DNA of 42,412 nucleotides from NCBI GenBank assembly GCA_017694215.1, contig JADIND010000114.1:1-42412 (forward strand), in the 5' to 3' direction. The notes below the pieces were generated by a model. That model saw nothing but the letters and a program-made list of their open reading frames with translations. It did no database searches and was not told where the DNA came from. Within the stretch, counting starts at the first letter, position 1, and every line of letters starts with the position of its first letter. Shown one piece after another: positions 1-7,367 of the stretch. A program made the position numbers and the translations under genes. The stretch comes from Candidatus Scatousia excrementipullorum. Its GTDB lineage: Bacteria; Cyanobacteriota; Vampirovibrionia; Gastranaerophilales; Gastranaerophilaceae.

Positions 1-304
1 AAAAATATAATCCTTAAGAACTAATTCTTGTGTATACTGTTACATTTTTTAACAGTAAAAAATACACTTAATTTAGTCATTGCAGCAATAACTTGAATAT
101 TCAGTGGTTATTTGTTATTATAAAAAAATAGCTCCGGAGGATTGTATACGGAGTATATAAAAATAATCATTAAAATTTGTAACATTATTCACGAGAATTA
201 GCTCTTGAGGATTATATTTTTTAGTCGTTTGTGGTATAAATAATATATAAGTAAGAATTATAGTTATATAATAATTCGTTTTAAAATAAGATATGGAGGC
301 ACAA

Positions 305-2026
305 ATGTCAGTAGGACAATTCGTATTTATGTTACACAGCCACCTTCCTTATTACAGAAAAGCCGGCATGTGGCCTTTCGGGGAAGAAAACCTTTATGAA
401 TGTATGGCAGAAACATACGTTCCGTTGCTTAATGCTATTTCCGAACTTTATGACGAAGGCATTAAAGCTAAATTGACTGTCGGAATTACTCCGATTTTGG
501 CAGAACAGCTTAATGATGAACACCTCAAACACGGGTTCGTTAAATATCTTAATTCCAGAATTGAACAGGTTTCTAAAGATTTGGAAAGATATCCTGATCC
601 GAAAGTTGCTCATTCACAGCACTTGAAATATCTGGCTAAATATTATTTTGACTGGTTTAACCATATCAAAGATTCTTATGTTAATAAATACGGAATGGAT
701 TTAATCGGACAATTCAAAAAATATCAGGATTTGGGCTGTATTGAAATTACAACTTCAGGTGCAACTCATGGTTTTTCACCGCTGCTTGCAACTGACAGCA
801 ACCTGAATGCCCAGTTCAAAGTAGGTTCCGACACAACAAAAAGATTGTTCGGCAAAAAGGCTATCGGCTGCTGGCTTCCTGAATGTGCTTACAGACAGGG
901 TTACGAATATGTGGGTAAAGACGGTAAAAAACACTGGAGACCTGCTATTGAAGTTACCCTTCAAAATAATGATATTGAATATTTCTTCACTGAATCTCAT
1001 GTAATTGAAGGCGGAAATTCTATAGGTAACAGACGTGTAATCGGAGTTTACGGGAATATTGAATATATTCCGCTTCCTGAACGTCCTGCAACAGGCTATG
1101 ATACATATTCAGCTTACTGGCTTCCTGATGCTCAGGTTGCTGTTATGGGCAGAAATGACAGAGCAGGTTATCAGGTTTGGTCTGCTGCTGACGGGTACCC
1201 GGGAGACGGCTGTTTCCGTGAATTCCATAAAAAAGATGATAAATCGGGCATGCACTATTGGAGAATTACATCCCCTACAACAGATTTAGGCGATAAAATG
1301 TTGTATGATCCGGTTTTGGCTTTAAACAAAATTAATGAAAATTCAGACCACTATACAACTTTAATTTACCACTTGCTGAATGATTACAAAAAAGCTCACA
1401 ATGGTAAAGAAGGTCTTGTAATGGTATCATTTGACACTGAATTATTCGGACACTAGTGGTTTGAAGGTGTTGAATTTATCAAACAGGTAATCAAAAAATT
1501 CAACACATATCTTCCTGAAGTAGAGAGAATGACAGCAGGTGAATACTTGCACGCCCATCCGCCTACGGAAGCTATTCAAATTCCGGAAAGCTCATGGGGT
1601 CAGGGCGGTCATTTCTATGTATGGAACAACCACTTAACAGAATGGACGTGGCCTATTATCCATGCTTGCGAAAAACGTATAAACAAAATTGCGGATAAAT
1701 ATCCGGAAATTCCGGAAGATAAACTTTTGCACAGAGCATTGAATCAAATGGCAAGAGAGAATTTGCTTTTGCAAAGTTCCGACTGGCCGTTCTTAATTAC
1801 AACATGGCAGGCAAAAGATTATGCAACAGACAGATTCAGAGAACATGTTGACAGATTTGAAAAAATTTGCGATATGATTGAAAGCGGAAACATCAATGAC
1901 GAAGAATTGAAGAAAATCGAAAGCATTGATAACTGCTTCCCTGAAATTGATTACAGAGTATATCAATCAATCGAAGAAGGGGTTATACCTCAGCAATCTG
2001 CAAAACTTGCACCATTATACAACTAA
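305..2026 (+). pseudogene. GH57-family alpha-glucan branching enzyme-like gene. One reading frame, interrupted by a single in-frame TAG at 1454-1456 (track ORFs 293..1456 and 1529..2026).
   Basis: GH57 signature blocks are present: FMLHSHLPYY, TTSGATHGFSPLL, CWLPECAY (nucleophile Glu block) and SFDTELFGH (acid/base Asp block). The C-terminal part carries SSDWPFLITT. GGAGG lies 6 nt upstream of ATG 305. Both track ORFs are in the same frame and only the TAG separates them. Confidence 0.8.
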
Positions 2027-2041
2027 TGTATTTTAAAATAC

Positions 2042-2075
2042 AAAAAAGGCGGGCAGCAAAAGCCCGTCTTTTTTT
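2042..2075. terminator. Intrinsic terminator hairpin between convergent genes
   Basis: GGCGGGC-agcaaaa-GCCCGTC stem-loop (one G-U pair), flanked by an A-run upstream and a T7 run downstream. This allows termination in both directions. Confidence 0.7.
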
Positions 2076-2108
2076 ATTATTTAGCATTGCTATACAGGTT
2101 GAAAAAGA

Positions 2109-2786
2109 CTAAACTTTTATGCTCAATTTCGGAAATTCATTTTTTATTTTTTCAAAAGCAGCTTTATCCGGTTCATAGGTTTTGAGAGGCTTTAACATAA
2201 TAATTTCATTATCCTTCAATCCGATTTTCTTGAATAATTCTCTTGCTTGCGGAGTTTTTCCGATAAATCCGTCAAGCCACATATCAGCAAAGATAGTATG
2301 TTTAGTCGGAATAAACGGCTTGCAGCTTTCTTTATTATTTTTATTTTTTGAAACATTCAATGCGACGACAGCATGGTCAAGCGGACGCGGAGGTTTTCGG
2401 GAATTAATCTCTTTTGCATAAATAGCAAACGTATCACAATTTTTAATTCCGTTCAACCTGCAGATGGTTTTTGTAATTTCGGCATACTCATCACAATTAG
2501 CGACCTTGAAAGCCCTGACACATCCTATTAAACCTCTGAAATGTTCGGAAATTCCGCCGTCACGGTACAGAGATTTGACAAAGTATCTGACAAATTTTAA
2601 CCGGTCTTCAATCTCTTTAATTTCCGGTTGTTTATCAGCGAACTCTTCAGGAGAAAGGAAGCAGGCTTTTGAAGGCGACCTTAAATCCGGGAGAGTTTCA
2701 TTGAAAGCAAATTTTAATTTAGGCAGAATTTTATGAGTTTTAGGGCGTCCGGTAAATGTATATTTTGAATTAATATTGTTTATCAT
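2109..2786 (-). CDS. Hypothetical protein with a possible Cys/His/Asp papain- or transglutaminase-like core
   Basis: 225-aa ORF with ordered motifs KVANCDEYAEI, LDHAVVALN and FADMWLDG (C..H..D arrangement). No signal peptide. The N-terminus is MINNINSKYTFTGRPK. Confidence 0.6.
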   Translation of the reverse strand: MINNINSKYTFTGRPKTHKILPKLKFAFNETLPDLRSPSKACFLSPEEFADKQPEIKEIEDRLKFVRYFVKSLYRDGGISEHFRGLIGCVRAFKVANCDEYAEITKTICRLNGIKNCDTFAIYAKEINSRKPPRPLDHAVVALNVSKNKNNKESCKPFIPTKHTIFADMWLDGFIGKTPQARELFKKIGLKDNEIIMLKPLKTYEPDKAAFEKIKNEFPKLSIKV

Positions 2787-2827
2787 ATAAATAGGAAAAC
2801 CCGTAAAAAAAATTTTTGCTCAAAGTA

Positions 2828-2856
2828 TTGCAAAAAAAAATTCAGCATTTTATAAT
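2828..2856 (+). promoter_or_regulatory. Sigma70-type promoter for tRNA-Asp
   Basis: TTGCAA (2828-2833), a 17-nt spacer, then TATAAT (2851-2856), about 45 nt upstream of the tRNA 5' end. Confidence 0.55.
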
Positions 2857-2900
2857 AAATCTTGCGGAGCAGCACAATAAAATGAGTTGTTCTGAAAAAT

Positions 2901-2975
2901 GGGAGCGTAGCTCAGTTTGGTTAGAGCGCATGCCTGTCACGCATGAGGTCGCGAGTTCGAGCCTCGTCGTTCCCG
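2901..2975 (+). tRNA. tRNA-Asp (anticodon GTC)
   Basis: Cloverleaf read by eye. Acceptor stem GGGAGCG/CGTTCCC. D arm GCTC..GAGC. Anticodon stem CATGC/GCATG with loop CTGTCAC. T arm GCGAG-TTCGAGC-CTCGT. Discriminator G. CCA is not encoded (the next bases are aat). Confidence 0.93.
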
Positions 2976-2979
2976 AATT

Positions 2980-3016
2980 AAATAACCACCGGTAATACCG
3001 GTGGTTATTTAATTTT
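2980..3016 (+). terminator. Intrinsic terminator after tRNA-Asp
   Basis: Perfect 14-bp stem AAATAACCACCGGT / ACCGGTGGTTATTT with a 3-nt loop, followed by aatttt. Confidence 0.75.
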
Positions 3017-3165
3017 GCGAAGGTTTCGAGGTGAGAACTTTTAAAGTTCGAGCGACCTGCGAGCAGAGGGCGAAGGCTTGGCTGCTTATGGCTTTGGCCA
3101 TATAAGCAGCCAACCGTAGACCCGTTTAATGCGAGCAGGTCAAGACGGCCTCGTCGTTCCCGCCA
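3017..3165 (+). repeat. GC-rich segment made of partial copies of the tRNA-Asp 3' half, ending in CGTTCCCGCCA
   Basis: T-arm-like pieces occur at 3017-3030 (GCGAAGGTTTCGAG) and 3046-3053 (GTTCGAGC). CCTCGTCGTTCCCG at 3149-3162 is an exact copy of tRNA positions 2962-2975, here followed by CCA. There is an internal 10-bp hairpin GGCTGCTTAT/ATAAGCAGCC (3079-3110) and a long-range pairing GACCTGC/GCAGGTC (3054-3060 with 3135-3141). A further T-arm-like piece, AGATTGCGAGTTCG, lies at 3229-3243. Confidence 0.7.
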
Positions 3166-3174
3166 TTTAAATTA

Positions 3175-3200
3175 AGAGCCTTTTTAAGAGGCTCTTTTTT
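3175..3200 (+). terminator. Intrinsic terminator
   Basis: AGAGCC-tttttaaga-GGCTCT stem-loop followed by T6. Confidence 0.6.
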
Positions 3201-3391
3201 AATAGCAGAATGCCAGTGGCAAAAGTGCAGATTGCGAGTTCGGCGGATTTGCGGACGTATTGCGTGAACGGTGTATTTTTATGTCCGGGTTATTCTCCGT
3301 ATAATATATGTAAATATTTTGTAATATAGCAAATTATTTATAAAACATTTGTGCTAGATTTGTTGTAAGTATAATTTTTAGGAAATCATTA

Positions 3392-4294
3392 ATGAAAGTA
3401 AATCCAATTAAGTCTTTTACATTTAAAGCTAACAATTTTAATGAAGATAATACTCTGGGATATGATGATGAAATCTCACAATCAAGACGTAATTTTATAC
3501 GTGAACATTATGACTCATATAGAATGCCATATCAGAGCATATATGAAACAGAAGGCCGGTTGAGTGAATACAGGTTAAATAATTTAATTAATACTTTAAC
3601 TAACAAACCTCGCAAAGTAGATTATAGCTCAATTATCAGTTTACCTGTTCCAAATATAAGATATATCGGAAATAATTCTTACCGCGGCGGCACTATGGTT
3701 GATAAACCTGAATGTCTGCAAGCATTAAAAGATGCCGGCATAAAGCACGTCATAAGTTTGTATTATTCTCCGGAATACGAAAATGCTGTAAAGCAGACCG
3801 GTTTAGATTATCACTGCTTCAATATGAAACATCGGAATGAAGAGGAAGGTCTTTGGTATAATGATGTTTGCTGCTCAAAGCAGAGTTACGAAAATAGCTT
3901 AAAGAGCCTTTTTGGTGATGATAAAAATGCTATAAAAATTCGCCTGGAGGCTTATGATAGAGATAGCAGAGGTCCGATAGATGAGCTGGTCGGGTTTGTC
4001 AAACGCATGCAGGAAGGATATTGTTATGTCGGCTGCGAATTTGGAACAAATACTACAAGTGATGCATTAGTTTATATAAATAGAGCCTTTAATCCGCAAG
4101 ATGGAAGGGAATTGGAGTTTTTTGATTATTATAAGGCAGATTGCCTGAGAAATTTATATGATAAATTAACCGTTAATGATAAAAAACTGATGGGTTGGAC
4201 AAAACAATTTGATTTGAACTTTTTACCTAAATTAGAAATTGCAAAAAAGGCATTCCTGGAAAAAGCATTAAAAGAGGCTCGAGGATTATTTTAG
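3392..4294 (+). CDS. Cys-based protein phosphatase-like (DSP/PTP fold) protein with a degenerate P-loop
   Basis: YRGG...LKDAGIKHVISL resembles the N-terminal part of tyrosine-phosphatase family folds. The candidate P-loop YVGCEFGTNTTSD has the Cys, but Thr sits where the C-x5-R arginine should be. AGGAAA lies 8 nt upstream of the ATG. Confidence 0.55.
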   Translation: MKVNPIKSFTFKANNFNEDNTLGYDDEISQSRRNFIREHYDSYRMPYQSIYETEGRLSEYRLNNLINTLTNKPRKVDYSSIISLPVPNIRYIGNNSYRGGTMVDKPECLQALKDAGIKHVISLYYSPEYENAVKQTGLDYHCFNMKHRNEEEGLWYNDVCCSKQSYENSLKSLFGDDKNAIKIRLEAYDRDSRGPIDELVGFVKRMQEGYCYVGCEFGTNTTSDALVYINRAFNPQDGRELEFFDYYKADCLRNLYDKLTVNDKKLMGWTKQFDLNFLPKLEIAKKAFLEKALKEARGLF

Positions 4295-4368
4295 CAATTT
4301 GTTGACATGTTACGTATTTTTGTCAGAATCTATCTGGGGGACAAGTTGTGCGGGGTTATAATTTCTTG

Positions 4369-5703
4369 TTAAATTTTTACCATATCTTCTTTATATTGTC
4401 TTTTTAATAATTTTTTAAACTCTTCTTCCTTTTGAACAATGGATAATCCTTGCAAAGTTTTATCAATAAATTTTCTTTCCAGTACATTATTTTGCTCAAA
4501 TTCATACACGTCATTAAGCGAAAAATTATATTCCATATTCATTGCCGGCATTATACGAATTTGTTTTCTATTTTTCCCTATGCTTTCAACTAATTCGTCT
4601 TGATCAAACTGTTGTAAAAAGCTTAATTTGCATAACTCCGGCAGCAGATTGTTATAAAAATCGGATGTTGATTTCTGACCTATAAACACCTTGTGTTCTT
4701 TCCAATAATTAATAAACTCGATTTCCCCACCTTTTTTAACATAAATGCTGTATATTTCACGACCATAACTATCAGCTATCCGAATCTTTAATTGTTTGTC
4801 ATAGTCGAATAATTTCTCCAATTCACTTAAATTAACGCAATCAATAAATGCTCTGGATTGCGAAACTTTAAAACCAAAAGCAAAAAAGATTGCTATACTT
4901 TCATTTTCAAGTACCGGACGATAATCTATTTGATTAATACAATCATAATTTAATATAATTTTATTTGCCCAATTAGTTTGATATGAGATAATTTTTTGGT
5001 TTTCGTTGTCATCGATAAATGATTGTAATAGTTTTTCAATTCTTAAATCTAATAGCTGCCTATTTAATTTACATTGATTAAATTTTTCGTACGGAAATAA
5101 TTCCGGATAATTTATAAAAACAAAATCTTGAAAATCTGTTATCAACATTTTTTCAATATTTGAACATTTAAGGTTTGAAAGACGCTTGAAAATTTCTCTC
5201 CAGGTTAAGACAACAGGAAATTTAACCAGATAATAGTCATCATTAATAATATAATTACCCAAAATTTTACCTACAGATAATTGTTCTTCCCATACATTAC
5301 AATGTGCAGGTTTATTTTCTATTATAAAAGTCCAATCATTATTTAAAGCAATAACACCATCATAAACAGCTCTTCGTTCAGAGCAAGCTACTTTTTTGTT
5401 AAGTTTTATTCTTTCATCAGTAATTAGTATAGAAAGAATTTTAGAATTCAGAAAATTTTTAGCCTGCTCACATCCAACTTGTGTAGTAATGTCATAAGTT
5501 GGATGTGATAAAAATAAATTTTCAAAAGTTGGTTCACTATCATCCGTAATTTTTTTTAAATATTCTTCTCTCAAATAATCATAAAACATATAAAATACAG
5601 CAGAAGAATAACGTAAAAGTATCAAAAAGCCTCTTGTTAAATGGTCTTCATGATGTTCGTTGTTTTTTTCATATGGTATAAAAGCATTCATCTGTTTTTT
5701 CAT
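4369..5703 (-). CDS. PD-(D/E)XK nuclease superfamily-like protein, stand-alone
   Basis: The 444-aa ORF has an N-terminal helix with acidic and His residues (EHHEDHLTRGFLILL). It then has VYDGVIAL followed 13 residues later by TFIIENKP, which fits D-x13-E-x-K on alternating hydrophobic strands. The C-terminal ~270 aa are unassignable. Confidence 0.6.
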   Translation of the reverse strand: MKKQMNAFIPYEKNNEHHEDHLTRGFLILLRYSSAVFYMFYDYLREEYLKKITDDSEPTFENLFLSHPTYDITTQVGCEQAKNFLNSKILSILITDERIKLNKKVACSERRAVYDGVIALNNDWTFIIENKPAHCNVWEEQLSVGKILGNYIINDDYYLVKFPVVLTWREIFKRLSNLKCSNIEKMLITDFQDFVFINYPELFPYEKFNQCKLNRQLLDLRIEKLLQSFIDDNENQKIISYQTNWANKIILNYDCINQIDYRPVLENESIAIFFAFGFKVSQSRAFIDCVNLSELEKLFDYDKQLKIRIADSYGREIYSIYVKKGGEIEFINYWKEHKVFIGQKSTSDFYNNLLPELCKLSFLQQFDQDELVESIGKNRKQIRIMPAMNMEYNFSLNDVYEFEQNNVLERKFIDKTLQGLSIVQKEEEFKKLLKRQYKEDMVKI

Positions 5704-5805
5704 AATATTAATTCCTGTTTTACAAACAGTTTAGCATACGACTCCGCCAAAACTTGTCGTAACAAAATTTACAACTACACTATAGGTCTGTAATAGGATA
5801 CAAGT

Positions 5806-5814
5806 ATTATAGCA
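5806..5814 (-). promoter_or_regulatory. Extended -10 element (TGcTATAAT) upstream of the nuclease-like gene
   Basis: The minus strand reads TGCTATAAT about 100 nt upstream of ATG 5703. No clear -35 element. Confidence 0.35.
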
Positions 5815-5895
5815 CAATATAAATATAAATATGACTATCATACACAATAAACCGGAATTTCTTTTGGTTTTTGTATAACTACTACAAAAATTAAT

Positions 5896-6459
5896 CTATA
5901 CAACTTCATCCAGTTTGTTAATTCTTACTTCATCAAATCCATATTTCAAAAGTTTTTCAGGGTTTATTACTCCGCGTTTTATAAAAGCATCAATATCCGG
6001 GTTTGAAATAAGCCATTCATCTTTTACACTGTTATAGGCTATTTTATGAATATTTTCCCCGCCTTTTAATTCTGAATACGGTATATTATTATCTTTTAAG
6101 AATTTCGCGAAATTGTTATAGCCGGTCACACTTTCTCTGCTGTAATTTTTGGAACCTACAAGCAGAGCCTGCAGATATTCATTTGTCATATCTACAGAAC
6201 TTCTGATTTTACCGGCTATATATGAAAAAACAGCATTGTTTGAACTTAAATCAGGAGTTATATGCATAAGAAAAACAGTCTGACCGTCGGTAAGCCCGAG
6301 TGCCGTGCAGTCTAAAATTCTGTCTGTTTTAGCAGAAATACCTTTTTTAGCACCCCTGATATTCCATACATTTACGTTATTGACTATTGATGATGTCTGA
6401 CTGTCAAAGGATGCTGAACAAACCGGTCTGATTATTGATGTAAATGAAATATCAGTCAT
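5896..6459 (-). CDS. Hypothetical protein, possibly a CheD/CNF1-like Cys-His fold
   Basis: The 187-aa ORF has ILDCTALGLTDGQTVFLMHITPD, which resembles the CheD block LGSCVAV..(10-12)..H.MLP. Later come LLVGSK and ELKGGENIHKIAY, in the same order as the CheD AGGA and D.GG..R blocks. Motif-level resemblance only. Confidence 0.5.
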   Translation of the reverse strand: MTDISFTSIIRPVCSASFDSQTSSIVNNVNVWNIRGAKKGISAKTDRILDCTALGLTDGQTVFLMHITPDLSSNNAVFSYIAGKIRSSVDMTNEYLQALLVGSKNYSRESVTGYNNFAKFLKDNNIPYSELKGGENIHKIAYNSVKDEWLISNPDIDAFIKRGVINPEKLLKYGFDEVRINKLDEVV

Positions 6460-6506
6460 AAATTTACCTTTCAGAAAACATAACGTTCCTGAAAAATAAA
6501 ATTTGC

Positions 6507-6848
6507 CTAAAACAGACCTAAAAGTTTGAGTTTATTTAACTGACCTACCTGTTCTGCTCCTGTCATATTTAATGCACTGATTTCTACACTTGCTTTAGCC
6601 TCATCTTGAGCGGAAAATGCCTGATTTTTGTCTGCTTCGCTGCCCGCGTCAACAGCCTGCGGAGTAATTTGCTGATTATTTTCAGATTTCATTGCAGCTT
6701 TAGCTGCTTCCAATTTTGCCTTATCTGCAGTCTTATCCCCTGTAGGTTCAAGTCCCAGAGCTCTTAATTCCCTCATAATTCTTTGATGCTCAGGATCCGG
6801 ATAACATCCGTACATAGAACCGCTGATTGAACTTACATTCATCGACAT
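6507..6848 (-). CDS. Small hypothetical protein (113 aa). Start revised from the track ORF 6507..6959.
   Basis: ATG at 6848 is preceded by GGGAG about 10 nt upstream. A consensus promoter lies inside the longer track ORF. The product begins MSMNVSSISGS and is Ala/Lys/Glu-rich. Confidence 0.6.
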   Translation of the reverse strand: MSMNVSSISGSMYGCYPDPEHQRIMRELRALGLEPTGDKTADKAKLEAAKAAMKSENNQQITPQAVDAGSEADKNQAFSAQDEAKASVEISALNMTGAEQVGQLNKLKLLGLF

Positions 6849-6884
6849 AATATAAAACTCCCAAATCTTACTTGATATATACTT

Positions 6885-6913
6885 ATTATATAATAAATAT
6901 ATATCAATTTCAA
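6885..6913 (-). promoter_or_regulatory. Sigma70 consensus promoter for the 6848-5896 two-gene operon
   Basis: The minus strand reads TTGAAA (6913-6908), a 17-nt spacer, then TATAAT (6890-6885), about 35 nt upstream of ATG 6848. Confidence 0.6.
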
Positions 6914-7010
6914 CTGTTTTTATATTTTTGTTAAGAAAAAAGCCGACTAATGCCGGCATTGTTTACTGTTTTTAATAAAATTAATTCCTTTTTCCTGTTT
7001 TCCAACGATT

Positions 7011-7187
7011 CTAAGCTATAAAATTGTTACCAAACCTTGTTGCACCATGGAAAAATGATAATTTCATCATATCAACAAGTGTTTTTCTGATTACGAATTT
7101 TTTATTTAAATCAATTTCGTTCAAAGCTTCTGCTGTATTTTTATATGTATCATTAACAGTACTTGAAAATAAAACTAATCTTGCCAT
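7011..7187 (-). CDS. Small hypothetical ORF (58 aa), below the ORF-track size cut-off
   Basis: Hand translation of the minus strand gives MARLVLFSSTVNDTYKNTAEALNEIDLNKKFVIRKTLVDMMKLSFFHGATRFGNNFIA then stop. AGAGAGG lies about 8 nt upstream of the ATG. It competes with the TTG-initiated plus-strand ORF 7024..7230, which has no RBS. Confidence 0.35.
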   Translation of the reverse strand: MARLVLFSSTVNDTYKNTAEALNEIDLNKKFVIRKTLVDMMKLSFFHGATRFGNNFIA

Positions 7188-7367
7188 TTTATTAACCTCT
7201 CTTCTCTATTTATCTCTCGTATTTATATAAAAAATTTTTTATAAAAATTATTGACTTTTTATATACAATTTATCCATCATTTGTTACAAATATTTACAAT
7301 CCACAATTTTATTAAAGAATTTACACACAAATACCGTTAACCTAAGTGAATACAGGAGATAAAAACC

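Noticed and set aside
1454-1456. TAG reassigned as a sense codon (an alternative genetic code) to explain the interrupted GH57 gene
   Set aside because: TAG closes other well-supported ORFs at sensible lengths in this window (3392..4294 and 7368..8420). TGA and TAA are also used as stops. A single-site event is far more likely.
3017-3165. tmRNA, or the acceptor piece of a permuted two-piece tmRNA, because the segment ends in a T-arm-like sequence plus CCA
   Set aside because: The 3' strand is an exact copy of the neighbouring tRNA-Asp. The discriminator is G rather than A. There is no complementary GGGG-type 5' strand with a G-U alanine identity pair. I could find no tag reading frame.
6849-6959. 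The N-terminal extension of track ORF 6507..6959
   Set aside because: A consensus -35/-10 promoter (6885-6913) lies inside the extension. The internal ATG at 6848 has a GGGAG RBS. The extension peptide is AT-rich filler.
7024-7230. Plus-strand ORF of 68 aa
   Set aside because: It starts with TTG, has no RBS, and gives a low-complexity Leu/Phe/Ile-rich peptide. A minus-strand 58-aa ORF with a good RBS occupies the same DNA. Both remain uncertain.
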